A stretch of DNA of 64,000 bases from Diplonema japonicum (taxonomy: Eukaryota > Protista > Euglenozoa: Diplonemea): positions 124,001 to 188,000 of the forward strand of contig OZ025676.1 of assembly GCA_964019335.1 (NCBI GenBank), read 5' to 3'. The translations under genes and the position numbers were made by a program. The notes under the pieces are model-generated. The model was not told where the DNA came from and made no database searches. It saw only the letters and a program-made list of their open reading frames with translations. Shown one piece after another: positions 10,832 to 23,000 of the stretch. The stretch's first letter is position 1. Each line of letters starts with the position of its first letter.

Positions 10832-12575
10832 AAGGCCTCGCTACTCTTTTTTTCCCTCTCCTTCATATTTGGTATTATTTTTCTTTTTTCCATAAAATGG
10901 GAGGGAGGGGGACAACGAAAAAAACACCTTGTTCAGGCCTCCTCTTTTTTTTTATTATTCCCCGCCCTCCCCCAAGTTTTGTTACCTTTTTTACGTGCGA
11001 TTTCTTAAAATCGAGCCCCCCCCCAAAAAAAAGAAAACACATCCACCTGAAAATAGTTGTCCCAAAAATCAAAAAAAAAAAAAAAATACGGTAGGGCAGC
11101 AGCTGGGTGGAGAAGAAAAATCAAAAAAAAAAAAATATATATATGGTTACAAAAGAACGAAAAGGCATTAAACAGGGCGCCATCAAAAGAAGAATGTCAC
11201 AACTAGAGGGCAACACCACCTTCCAAACAAAAGTGGATTTAAGAATCATATTGTCGGCACACTACGATGGCACAGTGTAAAAAATGCGGGGGGAAAAAAA
11301 AAAAAAGGAAGAGCGGTATGGGCAGGGCGCAAGGAAGCAGGGGGTCTCCCAAAAAAAAAAAGAAAACAATCAATTAAAACAGAATCACTTTTTTTTTCAC
11401 AGAGGGAGAAACAAAAGAAAAAGGAAGAAAGAGGGGGGGGGTTCTTTCTGGTATTCTTCTTTTTTTTCGCTTACCGATTTTTATGTTCTTAACCCCCCCC
11501 CCCCCCCTCTCTCTCCCGGTGTAATTTCTTATATATGATTTTCTTTTTTTTTTTCTTCTTCTTCTCTTTTTCTTCCCGAAAGCACGCTTGACAAGAACAA
11601 ATAAAAAGAGAAGCTGATAAGGGGAAAACAGTCCTAGATCCATACCCTCCTCTCATTCCACCCTTCTATGAAAAACCGACTCTTAACCTTTCCAGCCCAG
11701 CTCCATCCCTATCGGGGAAGTACTAGTTGCTGTAGATCTCACTGACCTTGTTGATGCGACTTCGGCAGTGTCGCAAGTCAGGAACAATGGGGAGGGGGGT
11801 GTGTGGTAATCTTTTTCAAAAAAAAAAATCCTGCCCCAAGTAAATATAAATCCTCCCCCTTTTTACTGTATATAAGTATTTTTTTTTTTTGGTTTTTTTT
11901 TTTTTTTTTTTTTTCCTTCTTCTTTCTTTTTCTCTCTTTGTGTTATGAGGAATTGTCAAGCGATGCAAAAAAAAAAGTGTTTTTTTTTTCTTCTTCTATT
12001 CCCTTTCCCCCTCCCATCCCATGTGTGTGTGTGACTAAACGTTTAAAAGCTTCCCTTACCTTTCTTTTCCCCCTTCATGCACCGGTTCTCTTGTTATTCT
12101 TCTTCTTTCTTTTTCATTGTTTTATTTTCAGGACCAGTTTGGATGAAGGCAAGCAAAAAAAGGGGGAAAGATACCCCGCCCCCTCTACCAAAATGTACAA
12201 ATACTTACCCCCCCCCCCCCCCCCCCCCCACCACCACCACCGAATTCAAAAAAAAAGCATCTTTTTTTTCCCCCTCTGGTATTCCTTTAAAAAAAGTGTA
12301 AAAAGAAAAGAAAAAGAGAGAATGAATACTTTACGTCCCCCCCCCCCCCCCCGCTTGCATAAGGGAGTCAATAGGCTCTACATTTGGCCACTACTTCCCC
12401 TTCCCCCAATTTACGTGCCATCAAACAGAATCAGATTAGGCACATTAATGATACATGTAAGCTCTCCCGTCCCCTTTTTGTCTCTCTTTCTCATGTGTGT
12501 ATAAGGGGAGAAGAAAAGAAGGGGTAAGAGGGGGGGGGGAACTTCCTTGTTTCTTTTTTTTTTTTTTTGCTTGGG

Positions 12576-12613
<38 letters not shown>

Positions 12614-12677
12614 GATAATTGTAAATGAAAGGGGGGGCAAAAAAATTTTTTTCTTCTTCTTCTTTTTTTTTTTTTTT

Positions 12678-13990
12678 TTAAAAATCATTCGCAATTTTAT
12701 CCAACGCTTCGTGAAGCTCATCTTGCGTCAGATCTTTCTTCTGCGGGTCGGCGTCCTTCTCTTTTAAACGCTGCGCAAGCCACGTTGCAATCTTCGCCAT
12801 GTCCTTGTAGTCCTCAGCATCATCACACGTGTTCTCTTGAATCCAAGGATGCAACAACAACTCAGTGGCTGAGGTACGACTGCTACCTTCCTTTTCCAAA
12901 CACATATTTATAAAGCTTTTGAACTCAGACGAAACCTTGAGCTCGTCCGGGAGGCATATCGGAGATGCGGAGGAGGAAAGATGCTGGACCAGCTTCCAAA
13001 ACTTCAAGCTGCTATCACCTGCCACATTCTCCCCCAGCACACTTTGGAAAGGATGCTGCCCAGTAATTAGCTCCACCAGTGAAATCCCCAACCCCCATAT
13101 ATCAACGCTGTAGTAGTAGGTTTCCCCCTTCAACCTTTCAGGGCTCATGTAGGTCACGGTTCCAACGAAGGATTTCGCGTCGCCTGCGGTGCTTTCTAAT
13201 TCTTGCGACACCCCGAAATCTGTGATTTTTATCATCCCGTCATTGCTGAAGAGCAGGTTTGACGGCTTCAGATCTCGGTGGACAAGGTGGCGCTTGTGAT
13301 GTAGGTACTGCAGTCCTTTGAGAACCATTTTGCTTACGGGTGCCAGGACGCTTTCCGGGACACCTCGACTGCTGATGTCCTCTGCTGTTGGGTTAAGCAT
13401 GTCGAGAAGCGAACCATCCATGAATTGCAGCGCGATGAATGCTGAACCGTCCTGGGGGGGATTTTTTTTTTAAAAAAAATTTTTTTTATACCTGAACGTA
13501 AGCGCCGTAGAATTCAATGACATGGGGGCTCATCTTCTCCTGTGATTTGTATAGGGTCGCGAGCTCGTTCCCGATCTCGTCGAGGTGGTGGTCCGTAAGC
13601 TTGATTTCCTTGACGGCCACTTCTTTCTTCGTCGGGAGATGGATGGCTTTCCTTACACTCCCGCTTGAACCCTGTCCGATATTTTCGAGGAATTCAAGGT
13701 CGCTTGGCTGTGGGGAGGAGGTGGGGATTATGGGAAACAAAAAAAAAAAAAAAAAAAATTAAATATACCGCGAGTGTTAAAATCGCCTTCCGGTTTGTTT
13801 TGGTGTCGATACCTGACGTGGTCACAACTGCGTTCTAAAAAAAAAAAAAAAAAAAAATGATGATGGAGAAAGAAAAAAAAAAAAAAAAAAATACCGGTGC
13901 GTGGAAAGAACCGCCGACTGACACGAAATTTTTCGTTTGTTTCATCGCCTCCTCGATCTCCGTTGATATCTTTAGTTGTTTCTTGCCCAT
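12678..13990 (-). CDS. MAP kinase kinase (STE7 family); exons 13990-13895, 13834-13769, 13707-13492, 13451-12678
   Basis: GQGSSG loop, VAVKEI, HRDLKPSN, DFG, SFVGTVTYMSPER and DIWGLG motifs. Three phase-0 GT-AG introns (13894-13835, 13768-13708, 13491-13452) restore a continuous kinase frame. Confidence 0.93.
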
Positions 13991-14291
13991 TTTTTTATTT
14001 ATTTTCGGTTTGGATTTCTTTTTTTTTCCTTCAAGATATTACCCCCCACCCTCCCTGTTTTTCTTTCTTTTTTTTAAAACGAAATTAGAGGGGGGGGGGG
14101 GGGGGGGAGTTGAAAGAAGAAAAATCCCCCTTCGACTTGATGTTCTTGTTCCTTTTTTTTTGTAGTTATCAAACCCCTTACCCCTTACCCCCTCCCATTT
14201 TTCTCTTTTCTCCCTTTTTTTTTTAGAACAGGTACGCGTCCGAGACCTGTAGTGGTGAATTTAAAAAAAAAAAAATTATTTTTCTCCCGGA

Positions 14292-14642
14292 TTAGTACCT
14301 GTTGAAGTTTCGTTGTTTTCTTTGCTTTTTTTGCTTGTTTTTCACTCTCGGCTTTTTGGCGGGCTTCAGTGGCGGCTCTCTTTTTTTTAAAAAAAAAAAT
14401 TTCTTTCCCACCCTCCTCTTAAAAAAATTCCTCACACCTTGACTGCCCGTTTACTAGGTTTCTGAGTAATTTCCATTTCAGAGATTTCTTTAGGCTTTTT
14501 CGCTTCCTCTTCTGCGTCCTTCAGCGCCTTCTCGTACAGCTCCTTCTGCACGCGAAGACGTTGCCGCTCCTGCTCCGCGGCCAGCGCCTCGCTTGTTTCA
14601 TTGTTCATGTTCGCACGGAAGGCGACCCAGCTCATCTGCGAG

Positions 14643-14674
<32 letters not shown>

Positions 14675-15884
14675 CCGTACCTGAGTCCCAGCGTCAGCGA
14701 ACCCATGCAACAGAGTGGAGCGTGACTGGTACTTCCTTTTGAAGTTTCTCATCTCCTCCTTCGCTTCTCGCTCCGCTTTTTTCTTCGCCGCCTTTTTCGC
14801 AATCTTCCTCTCGACATCGGTGAGCTGCGGCTTCTCCTCCTTCGGCTTGTCCTTGTTCCTCTCTGTTCTCTGCTTGAACTCCTCCCTGTACCTCGCGATC
14901 ATGCTGTTCACGTACAACTCCTCCTCAGGTGAGAACGGTGGGAAGGTGGTGTCGAGGAAGTCAGGGTTCGCCCGTGGCTTCAAAAGCCGCTCTGTGAACT
15001 CAGAAAGAGGCATCGTCCGCTCCTCACCATCATCATCACTGATGCAAACAGGAAGCGAGCACGTCAACGCACGAGACAGATCTGTCACAAGACGCGTCGG
15101 CGGTGTGACGTAACGGGAAAACAACGCTGCAAGGGCACGTACTTGGACACTTTTTTTTTTTTGTGAAAAAAAAAAAAAAAAACCCATACTTTTCATTTTT
15201 GAGCATTTCGGCGATTTTCGTTCGAGACACCCTCAGCAGGAACATCAGGTAAACCAGGCAGAACGCGTGGGAAATGACATCCTCACCGCCCATCGTGTCG
15301 ATCGAGTTAAGACACCCCATCCCTGCTGCACTCTCGACAATGTCCTTTACCTTTGTGATGGGGCCGTATGTGAAGTCGAACTTCTCCATCATCCCGATAC
15401 AGGCTCTGACTATGCTGTCAGGCATGTTGCACCTGTCCGGTTGGCAGTCTGGGTAGATGCTGATGCGGAGGATTGTGGATGAAACATATTCCAGTCTTTT
15501 GGCGATGAGGTTGGAGAGGAACCCTTCTGGGTCTTCCAGGCCCTCTAGGACGGATGTGATCTGCTGGCTGTGGCTCACTCCCATCCTTATTCTGCTTTGT
15601 GGTTTTTGACCCCCAGCCTTGCAATAAGTTGGTGTTATAATCGGTGTTGCTGCGTCGATCTCCCTCGTCTCTCTGTCCTTCGGCTGCGGTATCCTCGGCA
15701 CGCCTGTAGGAAGCTTTGGTGGTGCCTTTACCGCTTCCACCTGCATCGGCAATGTGAACACTTCGCCCACTCCATCCTGCACCACTTCCTTCTTCACGGG
15801 CTTCTCCTTCTTTTTCTTGTCCTTCCCCTTCAGGATATCCAAAGGGTTCGCTTTTTTCTTCGGTTTCGTTGGGATATGCTTCAT
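14292..15884 (-). CDS. PRP38-family (PRPF38B-like) pre-mRNA splicing factor; exons 15884-15190, 15149-14681, 14635-14438, 14379-14292
   Basis: The spliced product contains SHAFCLVYLMFLLRVSRTKIAEMLKNENVQVRALAALFSRYVTPP...TMPLSEFTERLL...FLDTTFP, matching the recalled PRP38B pattern (AFCLLYKLFTLKLT...YIRALGFMYIRYTQPP...FSTLFP). Introns at 15189-15150, 14680-14636 and 14437-14380 keep the frame. Confidence 0.75.
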
Positions 15885-15913
15885 TTTTCTTTCTTTTTAG
15901 TACTTCCCCGTCC

Positions 15914-15953
<40 letters not shown>

Positions 15954-15957
<4 letters not shown>

Positions 15958-16552
15958 TTCACTCTTCAGAAATTACTTCACGCACTGGGGGGGGCCGTTG
16001 CTTCACGCTAAATCTCATTATTTCACGGTGAAATAATGGCCTGTTTTCCGTGAAGTAATAGGGGGTTTCCGTTAAATAATATGCCTCGGTAGGCCAATTT
16101 TTGCCTCGGTTCGGTTCCAGTGGGGCTACTTTTTCTTCTCAGTTTGCTAATTTCCCCCCAGGTTCAGCTCAATTGGCCAACTTTTGCCTCGGCTCAGTTC
16201 CAAGTTGGACTACTTTTTCCTCCCAATTTGCCCACTTTTGGCTAGGCCTTGTTCCCAGTTTCTGGGGGTAACTCTTCTGCGGGTAAGGGTAACTTAGTCA
16301 GCTTACCCAAGCTCCCAAAAGACTTCAAAATACCGAAGCAGCAGAAAAAAAGGAGCCAGCGGCCGCGCCAGGTATGGGAAGGCCTGATTAGAGATGGTGA
16401 CAGTGGCAATGCCAGCGACAGCGGCAGCTCTTAGTCAACAAAAGGAGGGAAAACAACTTGTATTGTAACCTTTGTAACCCCTCTCTTGTTGTACCCCTTG
16501 TCACCCCGTTGTGCCCCTCGTGGTGAAGTAATTTCAGAGTGTCGTGAAATAA
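15954..16552. mobile_element. ~600-bp non-autonomous inverted-repeat (MITE-like) element
   Basis: Perfect 13-bp inverted repeat GAAATTACTTCAC (15969-81) / GTGAAGTAATTTC (16523-35), plus outer TTATTTCAC (15954-62) / GTGAAATAA (16544-52). Several subterminal TTAYTTCAC copies, an internal degenerate direct repeat (~16092-16160 vs ~16175-16241), and almost no homopolymer runs, unlike the flanks. No TSD defined. Confidence 0.6.
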
Positions 16553-16569
16553 AACCACTTACCTACCGC

Positions 16570-16616
16570 CAAGTAATGCTTTACCGACCTCGAGGTAACG
16601 GTAAAGTCATTACTTG
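16570..16616. other. Long near-perfect palindrome/hairpin
   Basis: CAAGTAATG-CTTTACCG-ACCTCGAGGT-AA-CGGTAAAG-T-CATTACTTG, giving about 20 paired positions with two small bulges. Confidence 0.8.
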
Positions 16617-16627
16617 TTGGCAGTAAA

Positions 16628-16667
<40 letters not shown>

Positions 16668-16848
16668 CCCCAAAGGATGTATGGTAAATGATCGAGGAAA
16701 GGAACAATGCAATAGGTATAATTATAGGTTTTCCATTTTTCCCTCCCCCGGAAAATCGACTCAAGACATTGGTTTAGATGTCAGGGGCAGATCACCCATT
16801 ATCTGCTTTCTGCAGAAGCGTTTAGCGGCCTGGGTTAAAACTCAAAAA

Positions 16849-16887
16849 ATATATGAGTTAAAGGAGGCCGGTGTTGGCGGCACCCTG
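16849..16887 (-). repeat. Family A element, minimal copy (stem-loop + TTAACTCATATAT terminus)
   Basis: Plus-strand ATATATGAGTTAAAGGAGGCCGGTGTTGGCGGCACCCTG, 1 mismatch to the first 39 nt of the copies at 46271 and 47936. Confidence 0.85.
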
Positions 16888-17037
16888 TGAAAAATAAATA
16901 ATAAAAAGGAGACAATCTGGAAGAAGAAGAAAAAACTGTTTTTATTTTTCAAAAAAAAAACATTTTTTTTGTGTGTAAATCACAATTAAAGAAAAAGATG
17001 CCGCCCTGAAAGGACGGGGGTAAATGAAAATAACGCA

Positions 17038-20000
17038 TCACGAGCAAATGTCATCAGTGAGCTGCGCTGGGAGTACCTGGTCAGCGGCCAGCAATGCGGC
17101 AGAGGCGTAATGGCGGTGGAAATCAAAAGCCACGTTGGGATACTGCGGGGGGGAGGGGTCTATTGTGAGGACATTGAGCGTGTGCCCAGTGAGGGTACCA
17201 AAAAGAGTGGACAAAGTGGGGTCAGCAAAGGGATGCCGTGTGATGAGCACAACCACCTTCTTTGCGGAAGCGGAAAAGTACCCAGGGAGAGCATTGAGGA
17301 TAGGAGCTGCCTCAGTGCAAGGGGGGTCCGGACAGTCATCAGTCACACTGCCCAACCCAGAATTACCCATTTGTTCTGTCAGCAGCAGCTCTGTTTCGAT
17401 ACTTGTGGTCCCCATGGCACGGTGCAGGGTGACCCCTGCGGTGCCTCCATACCCTGCGTACTGTGCTAGCCCCATTGAGACCAGTCCTTGTGAAAAATCG
17501 AACCTGTGTGTGAGGCCGACAGCGAACCCTATGAGGTCGGCCCACCCAGTCCCACCCCCTGTCCCATCAAGCACCACCATCACCTCCAACCCACCTGTCA
17601 CACCCCCACAGATGCATTGCGTCACGCTCACACTCACACTCGTTGTCCCCGACGCGTCCTCGTTCGCGACAATAGAGTAGTCGAACGTGTCGTTCCCACA
17701 GAATCCAGGCGGTGCTGTGTATCTTATATAAAACCTGGGCATGAAGAACCACTTTGTGCCGTTCCTCACCAACGGGCGGCACTCCAGAGTCGCCGCGTCC
17801 ATGTCGCACAGGCACATGGAGAGGTCGGGTGCCAAATCGGCGATGTCGCTGAGACAGCTAGTCGAGCATACAGCACATAGTTCGAAGATGCGGGGGACTG
17901 TCTCTATGTTGTTGAAGGCCGCGGCTTTGGTGGCGGTTGTGAGGCGCAGCACGTCGCCGTCGGCGTCGAGGTCGTTGTCCAGCACGTTGAGAAGCTTCGT
18001 TTCTGATGGCCGCACGCTGAAGTGGTCGGGCACAGCAACGGGGGGCACGTCCTTCGCTGTGATGTTTACCACCACATACGGGCTCACGTGGCATGCAGGC
18101 GCCACGCACCCCACAGGCCCGTCGACAACGTTGTATTTCAGTTGGTACATCGGCCCCTTAAACCCATCTGGCAGCGTCACGATGAGCTTCTTCCTTGTGT
18201 GGTCGATCTGCACGCTGGTGATGGAGTGCCGTCCGTTGGTGCTGCTTGTGTCCACCCATGTGTATGATGCTATGAACAGCTCGTCGTTGTTGGGATCGTG
18301 GTCGTTCTCCAGCAGCGTAGTCAGTTCTACTACACTTGCCCCCCCAACAGGGTGTCTCACTGTCACCTTGTCAGGTGAAGCAACAGGCAACAAGTTTGTT
18401 ATCTCAACAGTGACAAGCACTGTCTGCTCGACCCCTCCTACCCCTGCCGACACCACGAACTCCATCTGATCACTCCCCATCGCATTGTCCAGAAGATAGT
18501 ACGAAGCAGACAGCGTGCTTACCTGTGGTGGGTTCGCCCACACCACATGTCCCAATGCAACCCCTATGTGTCTGTACCTCAGCACCCGCCACTCCAATCC
18601 GGGGATGCACTTCAATGGAAGTACCTGAAGCGTTATAAAGATCTTATTCCTCGTCACCTCCTGCCATCTAGGGGGGAATGCTGCTACTTTTAGGCAATCG
18701 GAGCATGAAGCGCTTCCGGTTGTAGCAGTGAATTGATGTAGAGGGCAGGAGGCGCACCGCGTGCCGTTCCATGAATAGCTGTTCATGACGCACTCCGTGC
18801 AGTGGGTGCGCATGTGGTTGCTCTCGTGTCCTGGGGGGCAGCGATCGCACTCGATGACAGCGGTGCTCACATTACTATAATAACCAGGGCTGCAAAGTAT
18901 ACAATGGTCGGAGCCATCGCCGTATGACCCGGTGTTGCAGGCAATACGCTTCCCGTCCAGGCAACTGTACCCTAATGGGCATGTTAAGCACCTGCTTATG
19001 GACTCATCTTCATGTTCATAGGTCTTTGCAGGGCAGGGCGTGGAAGTACCACGGCCGTCGTAATTGCACAACCAGCCTTGTGGGCAATCTAAGCACTTAT
19101 ACGCTCCGCCTTGTGTGTACCCTCCACTGGGGCACATCTTGAGCACACCAGCATAGCAAGCATACCCAGGGGGGCACCTCTGGCAGGGTGTCGTGTAGCC
19201 TTCAAGACCCACACGGGTCCTGTTGAAGAAGAAGCCAAGAGAGCAGTTGCAAGCGAAGGCGGGGTCTATCTTGACGCCCACGTCATCGAAGAGGACGTAG
19301 CCCTCATAACCGCCTTCGACGAATAACTCGATGCCGATGCTGTGCAGGGGGCCGCCCCACGGTGGTTGGATCACTTCGTCGGCCATAACCCACACTCCTG
19401 CGCCAGGGCTGCCGTACACGGGCAGTGTAGTTGCCACAGTGTGTGTGGAGCTGCCGTTCGCCGCCTCTTCAGCCGTTCTATACAGATGCCAACGTGCACC
19501 GTACGTCACATTCAACACACCGCTCCCCGTCAGCTCGTAGTCAGTGATCACCATGTGATTCTGTCCCCACAGCCGCACATATATCGGGAGGTTGTTCTCT
19601 ATCCCAACAGGTATCGTGCGCACGAACCTGTCATACGTGGCATTGACTTCCAGTGAGCCGCTCTGCGTTGTTATCCCAGAAAGTGCCCCTCGCGGACCTG
19701 GGATAAAGCAAGGTGCTTGGCTTATCACGCCACAAACCCTCTGTGACGCTTTGATGCCGTCGTAACAGCACTTCGAGTGGAGAGCAGATGAGCAGGCGGC
19801 CGTTGTGCCGCAGCCAGGACCCCCCGACCCCACGGCGCACTCGCTAGCACAGCAGTAGTACGCTCCGCTGTTTGCCTCATAATTGGCTGTTGAGACGAAG
19901 CCGCCCGAAGCCGTACACAAATCGCTGTAGTACTGCGTAGGGTTGGTGTGGTCGACATCGGTGCGCACGCGGACACCAGGCACCTGTCCTGTGGTCACAC

Positions 20001-23000
20001 CCCAAAAGTCAGTAAACCCCACCGAAGCTGTCGGGCCAAATAGGTTGGGGTAGTCTTCTTTCCACATGTAATGGCTGAAGTGCCCATCGGACACCCACCC
20101 CTCCGAGTCATGCGAAGCAGGTACTCCGCTGAGCAGGTCGCAATACACAGGCTCGCTGCTCCCCTCAAACGCATACGCCTGTGTGGGGATCACCCCCAGC
20201 ACTGCGTTGGGGTACTTAGCAAGCGCCACTCTCTGCTCATTATTGATTACCCCCCCAGCCGTCATCGCTTTCAGTGCAGTGTCGATTCGCGAAGCGTCCA
20301 CATCAGCAGGAACAGGACTAGAGCTGCCTATTGGGCAGAAGAATCCAGAGGGGCATGTAATGCACGTTGACGACGAAGTAGCACCCACCACCAAGGAGTA
20401 GGTTCCTGGTGGGCACAGGAAGCACCTGTCCATCCCAATTTTCTCCACCACTGTTGAAGTGCAGGCACCGCTGAAATCGGGAAGACACGGCTGGCACAAG
20501 CCTGTTGTCCCTCGAAGACACGTTGTGCAGCCACCTGTCTGCACTGTGCAGGTGCCCTGGGGCAGAGGATACCCAGAACCTGGGTTATCCGCTGATCTGC
20601 AGATCGGGTCTATTTGTCGTAAGATTTGAAGATACTGCTTAGCAGACCACGTGCCAGCGGGGCATTGCTTGCAGTCACCAGCTGATGTCATCCCTTGCTT
20701 GCTACCGTATGTACCATCAGGGCACTGTCCTGTGCCTGCTCCAATACAGGCCTGTACAACCGCGGAATCGAAACAGGCTCGCGGGTCCCTGCCACCAGAT
20801 ACCATTTCAGTTTTCCCGGTATTCTCAGAGTACGACCCTTGAGCGCATGGTTCGCAGGACGAGATGCCCAGTGCATTATTTGGATAGGCCTGGACGGTGC
20901 CAGCAGGGCAGTCGACGCACGTTGTGGGCTCATGCACGGCATTGACAAATAAGCACCGTGAGTTCCAAACGCACAGACCTTGAGTCTCTGCTGACGAACA
21001 TGTGGTCGCATCGGTGTATGTAGCGCACGTCAGGGCATACTTGCCTGCAACACAGCCTGAACACATTCCTGCCGTGCACCTTCTTCCAATACTGCCGCCA
21101 CTCGGATTAGTGTCCACAGCTGAGGTCGCTACTGCGGTACAAGACCCCCCACCGGTCGCTCCTGAAGAAGCACTACCAGCGGGGCACAGCTTACACGTCA
21201 CGAGCCCTTCATGCAAGGGCTTGTAGTCAGCAGCATCCCACTCCGACGCAAGGGCTGTAGTGAACCCCCACCCAGTAGGGCACACCTCGCAGTCGTCTTG
21301 GCTGGAAGCTTTGTCTTTTGTGCTATATGTCCCGGCCATGCATGGCGTGCACCCGCCAGCAAACTCTGTATTAGTGGTGTCGCCTGCACCACCAGGACTC
21401 CAAGACCCTAATGGGCATGCTGTGCAAACTCGCGTCAGTTGTACAAGTTCGAAAGGCTCCCAGAAACCTTCCAATGTGGAATACCCTGTTGGGGTGGGGT
21501 TCATTGTCACTTTTAAAGTGCAGCCTTTCGCGCCGCGTGAAATCTTCTCAGGTGTGTATTCCCAGTGCGAAGCGGGGAGGATGCCGTAGATGTCCATCGT
21601 TGCCAGTCCCTTCACAACAGGTATCGTGGCTGCAGCATTCGTGATGTCTAATTTCGTCGACGCATCTTTCGCCCAGTAGAAGACAGGGTGTGTGTATAAC
21701 CCTCCTTCGCAGTTAATGACCACCGCCGTCATAGTCCCTGTGAGGTCGACGTCGCGGTTGCCGTAGCTGTCGCGCCCCTCAACAGTGATGGTGTGCTTGT
21801 TGCCGGAACCCATCCAGCGCATGGCATCCGTCGTTACAACCAACTCGACAGCAAGCACGCTTGTCGTCAAGGAGCACGCTGTGTAAATGTCAACATACGG
21901 CCACGGCACCACTGCAGGGTAGCTGTCTACTTCATGTTCAAACGTAACGAAGCTTCCGAACCCCTTTCCTGTGAGGACGTAGGTCAGGTTGCGCTCGATA
22001 TTAGTCTTGAGCTCTCCCACTTGAAAAGACAAGGTGAACGTGTAGTTCAAATCCAGCAGCGGCATGAACTTGAAGGTAGCTTGCCCGTTGACGAGGAGTG
22101 CAAGTGCGGAGTCGAACCTCGCTGCGGGAAGCATCGCTACTTCGTCTGGTGTCCCGGTGGTTGTCATGTTCACGTACACATCCTCAGCCCACGTCATGGT
22201 GGTGCCGTCAGAGGTTTTCAGGGTGACAACAGGCGTGTACTCCGTGCGCACACCTACTTTGCATGTGCTGCAAGTACCTAACACACAGCTGGCAACATCC
22301 CAAGACAGTTCCAGGTGGTGCGGATTCCTTATCCTGACGACAGGGGTCTGCAGCGGGGCAATAATCCTCTCGCCGCTTGACAGACTCGCAGGATCAGTGC
22401 TGCTGGGCACATGGTAAAAGAATAAACGGCAGCCATCCGAGTTTTCCCCGACCAGTCTCAGTGACACCGAACCTCTGCCGAGTACGAGGCGCATTACACC
22501 TCCGAGGCCCGTACCGTTCACTTCTTCAAGGTACACGGACGTTGCCACACACCCGGTGATGTTCGCACCGATGAGGTAGTCTGCGGTGTAGTCAAGGTTC
22601 CCGTCGGCATCCTCTGCACGCACACCCACAACAAACGTTTTGTTTGCCATCGTATACTCGGGCCACGGGTCCACTGTGGGGTCCACAAGGTGGTCGGCGA
22701 TGCCCAGTCGCGTGGCGACAGCACTTCTCGCCTCGATCATGACAGTGTCATTGTGCTCAACGTAGATGTTGGCGTACTCCTGTGAGGCCTCCACCCTCAG
22801 CAGTGCGTTGGAAGGGCTTGTCAGTCTGGCATAGAAGGTCTTCTGCCCTTCAGTGACCACATCATTCAGCACGTCCACGATGGGCTCCAACGTGGAGTTC
22901 CCTATGTAGGTGCCGTTGACGGGCATGGGTATGGTGTGTGTCACCCGGACCACAATGTGTGTGAGAGAGTCGGCCTTCACTACCAAACCGTCGGCATCAT

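Noticed and set aside
11758-11779. Iron-responsive-element-like CAGTG loop on the plus strand
   Set aside because: The upper stem and C bulge do not fit IRE geometry, and it is antisense to the gene cluster.
14174-14192. CCCCTTA repeats resembling telomeric sequence
   Set aside because: Only two to three units, not TTAGGG, and expected by chance in C-run-rich DNA.
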